Notes under the pieces: model-generated
Databases searched by the model: none
What the model was told of the DNA's origin: nothing
Seen by the model: the letters and a program-made list of their open reading frames with translations, nothing else
DNA from: a virus
Taxonomy: Duplodnaviria > Heunggongvirae > Uroviricota > Caudoviricetes
Reading direction: 5' to 3' (one strand)
DNA length: 8,063 bases
Virus record (IMG/VR): IMGVR_UViG_2600254977_000002
In this document: positions 1-7,413 of the stretch, piece by piece
How the letters are laid out: each line of letters opens with the position of its first letter
Numbering within the stretch: the first letter of the stretch is position 1
Position numbers and translations under genes: made by a program

Positions 1-2595
1 GAACAGACCACCATCGCGCATCTGTGCCTGGATTTCATCACGGGCACCCTTGCGGGCCATGTCATACACCGCCTTCATCATCTGTGGACCTGGCAGACCA
101 TTCGTACCGTCGTTCTGAATCACCACGTTGTTGTTCTGCTCAAACCTGATACCCTCTGAACGCCGCATTTGCGCCGGACTTCCGGTGCCACCGACATAAC
201 CGCCGGTGGCATAGCCGCGCATCAGCCGGTAGAGATTTCCCACGCCAATCCGGCTGGTTGCCTCCTTCGTGAAGACAAATTCACCACGGTGAACAATCCC
301 CGCTGGCTCATATTTGCCGCCGGTTCCCGTAAATCCTCCGGTTGCAAAATGGAGTTTCGCCGCAGCGGCCTGAATGGCTGTACCGCCTGACGCGGATGCG
401 CCGCCACCAACAGCCCCGCCAATAGCGCTGCCGATACTCCCGACAATCCCCACCATTGCCTGCTTAAGCAGAATTTCTGTCATCATGGACAGCACGGAAC
501 GGGTGAAGCTGCGCCAGTTCTGTTCACTGCCGGTCAGCATCGCCGCCATATTCTGCGCAATACCATCAAAGGTCTGCGTGGCAGCACTTTTAACCTGCGA
601 CATACTGTCCGTGGCACTCTCTTCCCACTCACTCCAGCCGGACTTCAGGCCTGCCATCCAGTTCCCGCGAAGCAGGTCTTCAGCCGCCCTGGTCTTTTTC
701 TGCTCTGACATGACGTTATTCAGCGCCAGAGGATTATCGCCATACTGTTCCTTCAGGCGCTGTTCCGTGGCTTCCCGTTCTGCCTGCCGGTCAGTCAGCC
801 CCCGGCTTTTCGCATCAATAGCGGCCCGTTTTGCCCGTTGCTGCTGTGCGAATTTATCCGCCTGCTGCGCCAGCGCGTTCAGGCGCTCCTGATACGTAAC
901 CTTGTCGCCAAGTGCAGCCAGCTGGCGTTTGTACTCCAGCGTCTCATCTTTATGCGCCAGCAGGGATTTCTCCTGTGCAGACAGCTGGCGACGTTGCGCC
1001 GCCTCCTCCAGTACCGCGAACTGACTCTCCGCCTTCCACAAATCCCGGCGCTGCTGGCTGATTTTCTCATTTGCTCCGGCATGCTTCTCCAGCGTCCGGA
1101 GTTCAGCCTGAAGCGTCAGCAGGGCAGCATGAGCACTGTCTTCCTGACGATCGCCCGCAGACACCTTCACGCCGGACTGTTTCGGCTTTTTCAGCGTCGC
1201 TTCATAATCCTTTTTCGCCGCCGCCATCAGCGTGTTGTAATCTGCCTGCAGGATTTTCCCGTCTTTCAGTGCCTTGTTCAGTTCTTCCTGACGGGCGGTA
1301 TATTTCTCCAGCGGTGTCTGCAGCCGTTCGTAAGCCTTCTGCGCCTCTTCGGTATATTTCAGCCGTGATGCTTCGGTATCGCTCTGCTGCTGCGCATTTT
1401 TGTCCTGTTGACTCTGCTGTTCAGCCTTCTTTCGGGCGGCTTCAAGCGCAAGACGGGCCTTTTCACGATCATCCCAGTAACGCGCCCGCGCTTCATCGTT
1501 AACAAAATAATCATCCTTGCGCAGATTCCAGATGTCGTCCGCTTTCTTAAACGCAGCCTCTGCCTTAATCAGCATCTCCTGAGCGGTATCAGGACGACCA
1601 ATATCCAGCACCGCATCCCACATGGATTTGAATGCCCGTGCTGTCCTGTCTGCCCAGGTTTCCAGCGTGCCCATGTTCTCTTTCAGGCGTCGGGTCTGGT
1701 CATCAAACCCTTTCGTTGCGGCCTCGTTCGCCGCCTGCAATGCCCCGGATTCATCGCCGGAACGCTGCAACTGAGCAACATACGCAATCTGCTCCGCCGT
1801 TACGTTATGGAACTGGCGCGCCATCGCCGTCAGCCCCGACGTCGGGTCAGTGGTCAGCTTCCCGAAGGCTTCAGCGACCTTGTCCACCTCCACGCCGGAT
1901 GCAGAGGAGAAACGCGCCACACTCTGGCTGATGGATGCAATCTGAGCCTCACCGCTTACTCCCGCCTTAACCAGTGCGCTGAGTGACTCGCTGGTCTGGT
2001 TAAACGTCAGCCCTGCCGCCTGCCCGGCTCTGGACAGGACCAGCATACGATCTGCCGTCAGACCCGACTGATTGCCGGAAAGGACCAGCGTTTTGTTGAA
2101 ATCGGACAGGGTTGAGTTACCCTGATACCAGGCATACGCCAGCGCACCGGTCGCCACCGCCAGCGAGGTGGCCCCGACCATCGGCAGGGTGATCGCACCG
2201 GCAAGCCCCCGGAACATGGGGATCATCCCGCCGAAGGAGTCCTTAACCTGACCACCCTGTTGCAGCAGGATCAGCCACGGGCTTTGCCCGCCTGCAAGCT
2301 GCGTGGCCACGTCGGTGAACTGTGCAGGCAGCATACGCATGGCGGCTTTATACTGCCCGACGGAACTCCCCGCTTTCTGTGCAGCCAGCGCCNNNNNNNN
2401 NNNNNNNNNNNNNNNNNNNNNNNNNNNNNNNNNNNNNNNNGCCTGTCGGCTCAGCGACTGTTCAACGACTGCCGCTGTTTTTTTCGCATCACTTTCCGTA
2501 CCGGAAAAATGACGCCTGACTCTGGCCATCTGCTCGTCAAATCTGGCCGCATCCAGACTTAAATCAACGACCAGATCGCCTACCGGTTCAGCCAT
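1..2595 (-). CDS. H: Tail tape measure protein (lambda gpH-like); 3' end lies beyond window start; contains a 48-nt N block
   Basis: Hand translation from the ATG at 2595..2593 gives MAEPVGDLVVDLSLDAARFDEQMARVRRHFSGTESDAKKTAAVVEQSLSRQA, matching the recalled lambda gpH N-terminus. The reverse complement of 1..120 gives ...NDGTNGLPGPQMMKAVYDMARKGARDEIQAQMRDGGLF in the same frame (2595 nt = 865 codons), matching the gpH C-terminal region and stopping about 5 codons short of its end. No stop-terminated ORF in this frame appears in the ORF track across 1..2595. The start overlaps the T stop codon (2588..2590). Confidence 0.9.
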   Translation of the reverse strand, partial: MAEPVGDLVVDLSLDAARFDEQMARVRRHFSGTESDAKKTAAVVEQSLSRQXXXXXXXXXXXXXXXXXALAAQKAGSSVGQYKAAMRMLPAQFTDVATQLAGGQSPWLILLQQGGQVKDSFGGMIPMFRGLAGAITLPMVGATSLAVATGALAYAWYQGNSTLSDFNKTLVLSGNQSGLTADRMLVLSRAGQAAGLTFNQTSESLSALVKAGVSGEAQIASISQSVARFSSASGVEVDKVAEAFGKLTTDPTSGLTAMARQFHNVTAEQIAYVAQLQRSGDESGALQAANEAATKGFDDQTRRLKENMGTLETWADRTARAFKSMWDAVLDIGRPDTAQEMLIKAEAAFKKADDIWNLRKDDYFVNDEARARYWDDREKARLALEAARKKAEQQSQQDKNAQQQSDTEASRLKYTEEAQKAYERLQTPLEKYTARQEELNKALKDGKILQADYNTLMAAAKKDYEATLKKPKQSGVKVSAGDRQEDSAHAALLTLQAELRTLEKHAGANEKISQQRRDLWKAESQFAVLEEAAQRRQLSAQEKSLLAHKDETLEYKRQLAALGDKVTYQERLNALAQQADKFAQQQRAKRAAIDAKSRGLTDRQAEREATEQRLKEQYGDNPLALNNVMSEQKKTRAAEDLLRGNWMAGLKSGWSEWEESATDSMSQVKSAATQTFDGIAQNMAAMLTGSEQNWRSFTRSVLSMMTEILLKQAMVGIVGSIGSAIGGAVGGGASASGGTAIQAAAAKLHFATGGFTGTGGKYEPAGIVHRGEFVFTKEATSRIGVGNLYRLMRGYATGGYVGGTGSPAQMRRSEGIRFEQNNNVVIQNDGTNGLPGPQMMKAVYDMARKGARDEIQAQMRDGGLF
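2393..2440. other. Run of 48 N (unresolved or masked sequence) inside the tape measure gene
   Basis: Directly visible as n characters at 2393..2440. Its length is a multiple of 3 and the H reading frame is continuous across it. Confidence 0.99.
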
Positions 2596-3426
2596 ACCGG
2601 ACTCCTCCTGCGATCCCTTCTGATACTGTCATCAGCATTACGTCATCCTCCGTCATGCCCGCCATATCCGGGGAAGCGGGGATAACTTCATTCCCGTCCG
2701 GGCCAAAGCGGACGCCTCCGGTAAGCCCTGCCGCTTTCTGCATCAGCACATCATCTTCAGGCTCTTCGTCATCCTCACGCCGGTTCAGCAAACTGAAATC
2801 CAGCGGATGCATATCCGGATCGCTGAAAAACAGGCTGAGCACAGTGTACGTCAGCCCGGAAAAGTGCATATCCAGCAGAACATCATGAAAATAATGGGTA
2901 CTGTAAAAGCGGTGCCAGTCGGCATACTCCGTGGATGACATCCCGGCAAGCATGGCGCGCCAGTCAGGTCGCCCCATCTCTCGCGCCAGTTTCAGGGCAA
3001 AACTCAGCTCACCGTCGAACACTTTCCCGCAGAAACAGGCTCTGCAGGCCCGGAGTCCTCTGCCTGGTCAGGGGCATCATTCACCACAAACCCATACATA
3101 CCGGACAGCCGGTACACCACGTTTTCAGCATGAGAAATTGCCTCCGCGGGCCAGGTGGTAAGCACTTCCTGCTCAATCTGTTTAACGGCTTCATTCATGG
3201 AAGGCTGCTTTGTCTTCTGCGGATGGTTATGCCACAGGGACATCGCCACCACAAAAGCACCGGTTCTGATGGCGTCTTCCACAGTAACCTGCCGGTTGCT
3301 GTCTGACTCCGCCTGTTCTGCCTGCTGTTTCATCAGGGCGAGATGCTCAATACGCTGCAGGGCTGACAGTTCAGAAAGCGTGACGGTCACGCCGTTATGT
3401 TCAAATGATTCGGTTTTCAGGAACAT
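2588..3426 (-). CDS. T: Tail assembly chaperone G-T fusion (lambda gpGT-like), made by -1 programmed ribosomal frameshift at 3028..3022; T portion is 2588..3022
   Basis: The ORF 2588..3022 (MFDGELSFALKLAREMGRPDWRAMLAGMSS...) matches recalled lambda gpT. The T frame is -1 relative to G and has no independent ribosome-binding context. The slippery heptamer G GGA AAG sits at the G/T junction. Confidence 0.88.
3004..3426 (-). CDS. G: Tail assembly chaperone (lambda gpG-like), 140 aa
   Basis: MFLKTESFEHNGVTVTLSELSALQRIEHLALMKQQAEQAESDS...AGKCSTVS is near-identical to recalled lambda gpG. GGAGAG Shine-Dalgarno lies upstream of the ATG at 3426. Confidence 0.93.
   Translation of the reverse strand: MFLKTESFEHNGVTVTLSELSALQRIEHLALMKQQAEQAESDSNRQVTVEDAIRTGAFVVAMSLWHNHPQKTKQPSMNEAVKQIEQEVLTTWPAEAISHAENVVYRLSGMYGFVVNDAPDQAEDSGPAEPVSAGKCSTVS
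3022..3028 (-). other. -1 programmed ribosomal frameshift slippery site (GGGAAAG) for G to G-T
   Basis: Plus strand 3022..3028 is cTTTCCC, so the minus strand reads G GGA AAG in the G frame (codons 134-135, ...A-G-K-C-S-T-V-S-stop). After -1 slippage the next codon is GTG (3022..3020), the first codon of the T ORF. Confidence 0.85.
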
Positions 3427-3441
3427 CGCTGACTCTCCGGA

Positions 3442-4182
3442 TTAACTGTCGGTGACAGTGATTTCTGCAACCGCAGCAAGTTCACCATTACCGGATACAA
3501 CCGGAATGTTGACCTTGCCTGCAGCAACGCCGTTCACGGTGATGGTCATACCACTGACCGACACGGTGGCTTTTGTTTTATCCGCTGACACCGCACGGAA
3601 GCTCTTGTCAGTTGCGCCCTCCGGCTGGAAGGCCACGGTCAGCGTGGTGCTCTGCCCTTTCACCACCGAGGAGCTGGCAGGCGTCACGGTCATACCGGTT
3701 GCCGCCGTCACCGTACTGCGATCTTCTGCCATTGACGGACGGCCCACATTGGTGACCTTCACCGTACGGGTGATCACTTCCTTCGCCGTCACCGCCTTAC
3801 CGATACTGCTGACCCAGCCGCGGAACACATCGACCGTGCCGTTCGGGAAGCGGATTTTATAGGCACGGGTATCACCTTCATTAAACCACGCCAGCAGCGC
3901 CTGCTGCCCCTGCTCTCCGGGCATCCACGCCAGCGTGAAGCTGGTATCTCCGGCGGATTTCTGCCCCTGCCCGGTCGCGGTCCAGTCCGCATCTTCATCA
4001 TCGAGATAACTGTCGTCATAGGACTCAGCGGTCAGTTCGCCGGGCGTCAGGTCTTTAATTTTTGCCAGACGCGACCAGTCATTGTCTGAAAGCGGGTTTG
4101 CATAAGGGTCGCCGCTCCCGTTATAAACCCACAGTGTGGTCCCGGCCCCTTTCACCGGTGCCAGAGGATTTGGTGTTGGCAT
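3442..4182 (-). CDS. V: Major tail tube protein (lambda gpV-like), 246 aa, with C-terminal Ig-like (Big_2-type) domain
   Basis: From the ATG at 4182..4180: [33 protein letters not shown]...[23 protein letters not shown], near-identical to recalled lambda gpV. The track ORF begins at 4212, but the internal Met gives the lambda-length product. GAGGA Shine-Dalgarno overlaps the U stop. Confidence 0.94.
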   Translation of the reverse strand: MPTPNPLAPVKGAGTTLWVYNGSGDPYANPLSDNDWSRLAKIKDLTPGELTAESYDDSYLDDEDADWTATGQGQKSAGDTSFTLAWMPGEQGQQALLAWFNEGDTRAYKIRFPNGTVDVFRGWVSSIGKAVTAKEVITRTVKVTNVGRPSMAEDRSTVTAATGMTVTPASSSVVKGQSTTLTVAFQPEGATDKSFRAVSADKTKATVSVSGMTITVNGVAAGKVNIPVVSGNGELAAVAEITVTDS

Positions 4183-4189
4183 ATCGTCC

Positions 4190-4585
4190 TCACATTTCAT
4201 AGGTAATGACATAAGTCAGATCGGCTGAACTCCACAGGCCCGCATCATCGTCGCGCCGGTAGTCATAGCCACTGGCCACCATACTGGTGATCAAATCTGA
4301 CAGTGCCGGGATATCGCTCATCACCGGATAAATCCGGGACTCCATCCACGAATCCAGCTCTGAATCCGGCACCTGAGCAGGCAGGAAAACTTCAATATGC
4401 AGCTCCGCCTGCCAGGTATCGCTGTCCAGCTCTTCGCCCGTGTATTCAGCGCCGGTGAGATAAACGGCAATTGCCGGAAAATCTTCCTCATCAAAAACAG
4501 CAGGGCGACCATCAAAAAGCGTCGCCCCGGTGTCATGCTTCTCCAGTGCATCCAGTACGGCTGCACGGAGTTCAGTATGTTTCAT
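4190..4585 (-). CDS. U: Tail tube terminator protein (lambda gpU-like), 131 aa
   Basis: [131 protein letters not shown] is near-identical to recalled lambda gpU. Its ATG overlaps the Z stop as ATGA (4582..4585). Confidence 0.94.
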   Translation of the reverse strand: MKHTELRAAVLDALEKHDTGATLFDGRPAVFDEEDFPAIAVYLTGAEYTGEELDSDTWQAELHIEVFLPAQVPDSELDSWMESRIYPVMSDIPALSDLITSMVASGYDYRRDDDAGLWSSADLTYVITYEM

Positions 4586-5160
4586 CGCTTTATTACCATT
4601 CTCAGTTGATGCTGCAGCGCATAGCCCAGCTCTTTCGGAAGACGCTCACGCCGTATCCGCTCAATATTCTGTTTAAACGCCGTGGTCAGCGGCACCGCCA
4701 TCGGGATTTTCACCACATCAATGGGGTAACGGTTTTTCCCGGCCACACGCTGCATGACATGCCACCGGCCATTTTTCAGTTGCTGAATAAACGCGCCGGG
4801 AATACGACGGTTTCCCACCACAAGCACGCTGCCGCCACCTTTCAGGGATGAACGCTGCCCCTTTTTACGACGCCTGCGTCGGGACAGGACAACCCGCGCG
4901 TTACCCAGCCTGATTACGGGCAAATCCCCCCGGTTAACTTTGATTCTGGCCTGCGGATTTTTGACCGTGGCCCTTTTCAGCCTGGCCCTTTCCTTTACCA
5001 GTTTCCGGCGTACCTTTGTCTCACGGGCAACCAGTGACGCCGACTGCGATATCGCGGATGAAGCAACGCGGTTAATGGCCATTGCGGCGGCACCAGGCAC
5101 TGCCGTTTTGCTGATACGGCTGAGGTTTTCAACGGCCTGCTCAAGACCTTTTATGGCCAT
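4582..5160 (-). CDS. Z: Tail completion protein (lambda gpZ-like), 192 aa
   Basis: From the internal Met at 5160..5158: MAIKGLEQAVENLSRISKTAVPGAAAMAINRVASSAISQSAS...LRMVIKR, matching recalled lambda gpZ. AAGGGGGA Shine-Dalgarno lies upstream. The track ORF start at 5226 is an in-frame upstream extension overlapping FII. Confidence 0.92.
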   Translation of the reverse strand: MAIKGLEQAVENLSRISKTAVPGAAAMAINRVASSAISQSASLVARETKVRRKLVKERARLKRATVKNPQARIKVNRGDLPVIRLGNARVVLSRRRRRKKGQRSSLKGGGSVLVVGNRRIPGAFIQQLKNGRWHVMQRVAGKNRYPIDVVKIPMAVPLTTAFKQNIERIRRERLPKELGYALQHQLRMVIKR

Positions 5161-5171
5161 ACATCCCCCTT

Positions 5172-5525
5172 TCAGCGGCGACGGCTGGCGGCAGGTGGTT
5201 GCCCCCGGTTGAGCCAGAGATAACAACTCCCTCCGTCATCCGGAGAAACACGGTCCACCCAGAACATCTCGCCGTTAATGGTCAGCGTGTCACCACGCCG
5301 TACAGCACAAACCGTATCCGTAAGCACAAATAATGACGGGTTACTTCCTTCAATACGGATCCCACTACTGGCAAAACCCAGCGACTCCGGATCGTCAAAA
5401 ACGCCATGAACCTCGCCGCCACGCTGTGCACCGGAGGTGAACTGCGCACTGATGCCCATCACTTCAACAATCGTACTGTCCACCCCGGCAAGGGCGGCAT
5501 CAAAGGCATTCTGAAAATCACGCAT
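5172..5525 (-). CDS. FII: Head-tail joining protein (lambda gpFII-like), 117 aa
   Basis: From the internal Met at 5525..5523: MRDFQNAFDAALAGVDSTIVEVMGISAQFTSGAQRGGEVHGVFDDPESLGFASSGIRIEGSNPSLFVLTDTVCAVRRGDTLTINGEMFWVDRVSPDDGGSCYLWLNRGQPPAASRRR. It is collinear with recalled lambda gpFII and becomes increasingly similar toward the C-terminus (…FWVDRVSPDDGGSC…). The start overlaps the FI stop (5518..5520). Confidence 0.9.
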   Translation of the reverse strand: MRDFQNAFDAALAGVDSTIVEVMGISAQFTSGAQRGGEVHGVFDDPESLGFASSGIRIEGSNPSLFVLTDTVCAVRRGDTLTINGEMFWVDRVSPDDGGSCYLWLNRGQPPAASRRR

Positions 5526-5892
5526 AAACAGCCATTCCACCATCAACGTGTGTTTTTGCATCTGAGGACATAATCAGAATCACCCGACCAACATCCGCAA
5601 GCTCAACGGATTCCCCCGTTTCACCATCAACGCCACAGAGATGGAGGCAGGTCAGAACTCTGATGCGCGTTAACGCGCCGGATGTTTCCTCACGAACATC
5701 ATGAGCCGCGGTTTCCCGCTCCCGGATATCCATATTCATAACCTGTACATCATCGCCGGATGACTGCATTTCCTCTTCCCATTCTGCCACCCGCTGCGCT
5801 ATCTCTGCGGCACTCCCGGATATATCCGGCTCACGCCCCAGAATCAGGGCCAGTTCATCAAGCCGTTTCAGATTTTGCTCTTTCGTTGCCAT
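5518..5892 (-). CDS. FI: DNA-packaging / head completion protein (lambda gpFI-like), 124 aa
   Basis: From the Met at 5892..5890: MATKEQNLKRLDELALILGREPDISGSAAEIAQRVAEWEEEM..., resembling the recalled lambda gpFI N-terminus (MTKDELIARLRSLGEQLNRD...ELALRVAELKEEL). AGGGGG Shine-Dalgarno lies 6-8 nt upstream. The track start at 5940 is an unlikely upstream extension running through a hairpin. Confidence 0.85.
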   Translation of the reverse strand: MATKEQNLKRLDELALILGREPDISGSAAEIAQRVAEWEEEMQSSGDDVQVMNMDIRERETAAHDVREETSGALTRIRVLTCLHLCGVDGETGESVELADVGRVILIMSSDAKTHVDGGMAVYA

Positions 5893-5904
5893 ATCAGCCC
5901 CCTG

Positions 5905-5935
5905 TGAAAAAAGACACGGGGGCATTTCGCCCCCG
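5905..5935 (-). terminator. Putative intrinsic terminator or attenuator hairpin between E and FI
   Basis: On the minus-strand transcript: 5'-CGGGGGC GAAAU GCCCCCG-3' (7-bp GC stem at 5935..5917, 5-nt loop), followed by UGUC and UUUUUU (5912..5907). It lies 9 nt after the E stop codon and just upstream of the FI Shine-Dalgarno and ATG. Confidence 0.4.
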
Positions 5936-5943
5936 CTCACGGA

Positions 5944-6972
5944 TTATTTCACCTGTACCACCACAAACTCATCCGGGTCCGGCAACACCATCAGCGGCGC
6001 GGACTGCGTCATGGTAAATTCACGGGCGGGATCCCCTACCGTCAGCCAGTGTTTCGGATAACGGGAAGAGGCCACCACACCTTCGGACAACGCCTGAGCA
6101 TCCTGAATGGCACCGTAACAACGGATCCCATCTGCAGCAGTATTCCCCAGAACCAGCATGCCATCTGGAAGATAACGTTTTTCGATACCGTCTTCTGCTA
6201 TATAAGACGTTTTCGCCACCACAATGGCCAGATCGCCGTAATACCCCTTGAAGGACACCACTGCGCCCAGATCTTTCACTGCCGTTTCGAGTTGAGAATT
6301 TGAACCGCGACGGGTATCCAGTTTTTCGCGGAACAGCTTAAAACCATTCAGAAGACGCCAGACGGTACCGTCCATAATGGCAATATTCACAAGACCGCTG
6401 GCCAGGTCGCAGTAGAGGTCAATATCATGTGTAGGATCGAACGTGTCACGATCCTGTTTTGACCACTCCTTACCACTACCCTGAGTGATGTTATTCTTCG
6501 TCGACCTGCCAAAATCGACCTCAATTTTCTCGAACTGGTCTCCTTCCATGGTGTATTTGCCATACAACACAGCATTTACCGCCTGCATTTCTTCCACCTG
6601 GACAATCGCGTGCTCTTCCTGTTTGAGGTTATCGGTAATGATACGCAGACGGCGGTAAGCCGGATCATTCAGTTGAGATGGATCTTCACCAGGAAGGCGC
6701 TCAACCGCCTGCTGGTAATTAAATTCGTGTTTCGGCTTGACGTAGCCCGGACGCAACACGCGGGTTTCACCACCACGATGACGCAGCACTTTTCCTTCAA
6801 CAACCGGGGAGACATAGGCCGCCACCGGCGTTTTTCCGGTAATTTTGTCCAGCATCACCTCTTCGGTATGGAAATTCACCGTACGGCGGAAAAACAGCTC
6901 CAGAAACAGCGCACGAAATTTAACTTTTTGTTCGGTATAACCGAGTAACTGGCGGGTCGTAAACAATCCCAT
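5944..6972 (-). CDS. E: Major capsid protein (lambda gpE-like), 342 aa
   Basis: MGLFTTRQLLGYTEQKVKF...PGYVKPKHE...VEEMQAV...KLDTRRGSNS.LETAVKDLG...GDPAREFTM.QSAPLM...DPDEFV.VQ is collinear along its full length with recalled lambda gpE (341 aa), with many conserved blocks. AAAGGAAC Shine-Dalgarno lies upstream of the ATG at 6972. Confidence 0.93.
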   Translation of the reverse strand: MGLFTTRQLLGYTEQKVKFRALFLELFFRRTVNFHTEEVMLDKITGKTPVAAYVSPVVEGKVLRHRGGETRVLRPGYVKPKHEFNYQQAVERLPGEDPSQLNDPAYRRLRIITDNLKQEEHAIVQVEEMQAVNAVLYGKYTMEGDQFEKIEVDFGRSTKNNITQGSGKEWSKQDRDTFDPTHDIDLYCDLASGLVNIAIMDGTVWRLLNGFKLFREKLDTRRGSNSQLETAVKDLGAVVSFKGYYGDLAIVVAKTSYIAEDGIEKRYLPDGMLVLGNTAADGIRCYGAIQDAQALSEGVVASSRYPKHWLTVGDPAREFTMTQSAPLMVLPDPDEFVVVQVK

Positions 6973-7000
6973 AAATCAGTTCCTTTCATTCAGAAATCAG

Positions 7001-7022
7001 TCAGGCCACCGCGGTGGCCTGA
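7001..7022. other. 22-nt perfect palindrome (potential RNA hairpin or dimeric protein site) in the D-E intergenic region
   Basis: tcaggccaccgcggtggcctga equals its own reverse complement, giving a 9-bp GC-rich stem and a 4-nt CGCG loop in RNA. It sits 8 nt downstream of the D stop and 28 nt upstream of the E ATG on the minus-strand mRNA. Confidence 0.5.
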
Positions 7023-7029
7023 TAACGTG

Positions 7030-7377
7030 TTACGGCAGCGCCGCGTGACTCAGGGCACTGCCAGCAAAGGCGTTGGCCTTTTTGTGTTCATCCACACTTT
7101 CAGGCCAGTGGATTGCCTCCGTCGCAAAGGTTCCCGACTTGTAATACGTCAGCGCCGTCTCTGTGCCTTCAAGCGGCAGTACCAGTATGCCAACCGCACT
7201 ACCGGCTTTCTGTCCGTCCCAGACCACCAGTTTCCCGGTGGCTTCATCCAGCATCAGGGGCGTCAGTGCCGGTGTTGGCGAGGAAATCCCGCTGCTGCCT
7301 GTGGCGGTATGAGCCGGATCATTACCGGCAAAAATACGTACTTCCGCACGCTGTTCAGTGATGGTTTTCGTCACCAT
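7030..7377 (-). CDS. D: Head decoration protein (lambda gpD-like), 115 aa
   Basis: MVTKTITEQRAEVRIFAGNDPAHTATGSSGISSPTPALTPLMLDEATGKLVVWDGQKAGSAVGILVLPLEGTETALTYYKSGTFATEAIHWPESVDEHKKANAFAGSALSHAALP shares the DPAHTAT...TPLMLD...WDG...VGIL...YKSGTF...AFAG blocks with recalled lambda gpD. Strong AGGAGG Shine-Dalgarno lies upstream. Confidence 0.92.
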   Translation of the reverse strand: MVTKTITEQRAEVRIFAGNDPAHTATGSSGISSPTPALTPLMLDEATGKLVVWDGQKAGSAVGILVLPLEGTETALTYYKSGTFATEAIHWPESVDEHKKANAFAGSALSHAALP

Positions 7378-7413
7378 ATTGTAAAAACCTCCTATTGATG
7401 GTCAGCACTGACT

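Noticed and set aside
374-1986. Plus-strand ORFs (374..892, 838..1368, 1071..1502, 1408..1986, 1632..1931) and short minus-strand ORFs (222..446, 879..1082) inside the H region
   Set aside because: They are antisense to, or out of frame with, a continuous lambda gpH-homologous frame. They have low-complexity Arg/Ser/Pro/Cys-rich translations typical of spurious ORFs in GC-rich coding sequence and no recognisable homology.
2260-2562. Three overlapping plus-strand ORFs whose translations contain X runs
   Set aside because: They span the N block and are antisense to the H N-terminus, so they are artefacts of six-frame translation across unresolved bases.
3020-3022. T as an independently initiated gene starting at GTG 3022..3020
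   Set aside because: There is no ribosome-binding context, and the GTG is the codon immediately after the GGGAAAG slippery site. By the lambda precedent T is made only as the G-T frameshift fusion.
2655-3862. Plus-strand ORFs antisense to T, G and V (2655..2888, 2931..3161, 2935..3306, 3155..3445, 3452..3862, 3573..3755) and the minus-strand out-of-frame ORF 3789..4019
   Set aside because: They lie entirely within confidently identified G, T and V coding sequence, with no independent support.
4321-5212. ORFs 4321..4566 (-), 4397..4609 (+), 4471..4851 (+) and 4940..5212 (+) overlapping U and Z
   Set aside because: They are out of frame with or antisense to the lambda gpU and gpZ homologues, with His/Arg/Cys-rich low-complexity translations.
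4183-5940. Upstream in-frame extensions of the track ORFs for V (start 4212), Z (start 5226), FII (start 5561) and FI (start 5940)
   Set aside because: The internal Met gives the lambda-length protein in each case and has a Shine-Dalgarno at the proper spacing. The extensions overlap the upstream gene, and for FI the extension runs through the terminator-like hairpin.
5760-6948. Plus-strand ORFs 5760..6017, 6049..6303 and 6610..6948, and minus-strand 6387..6575, overlapping FI and E
   Set aside because: They are antisense to or out of frame with the major capsid gene. Lambda-type head modules have no known embedded genes here.
7391-7412. Short imperfect palindrome gtcagtgctgac in the C-D spacer
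   Set aside because: It has only a 5-bp stem with a 2-nt loop, which is too weak to call. The spacer is adequately explained by the AGGAGG Shine-Dalgarno for D.
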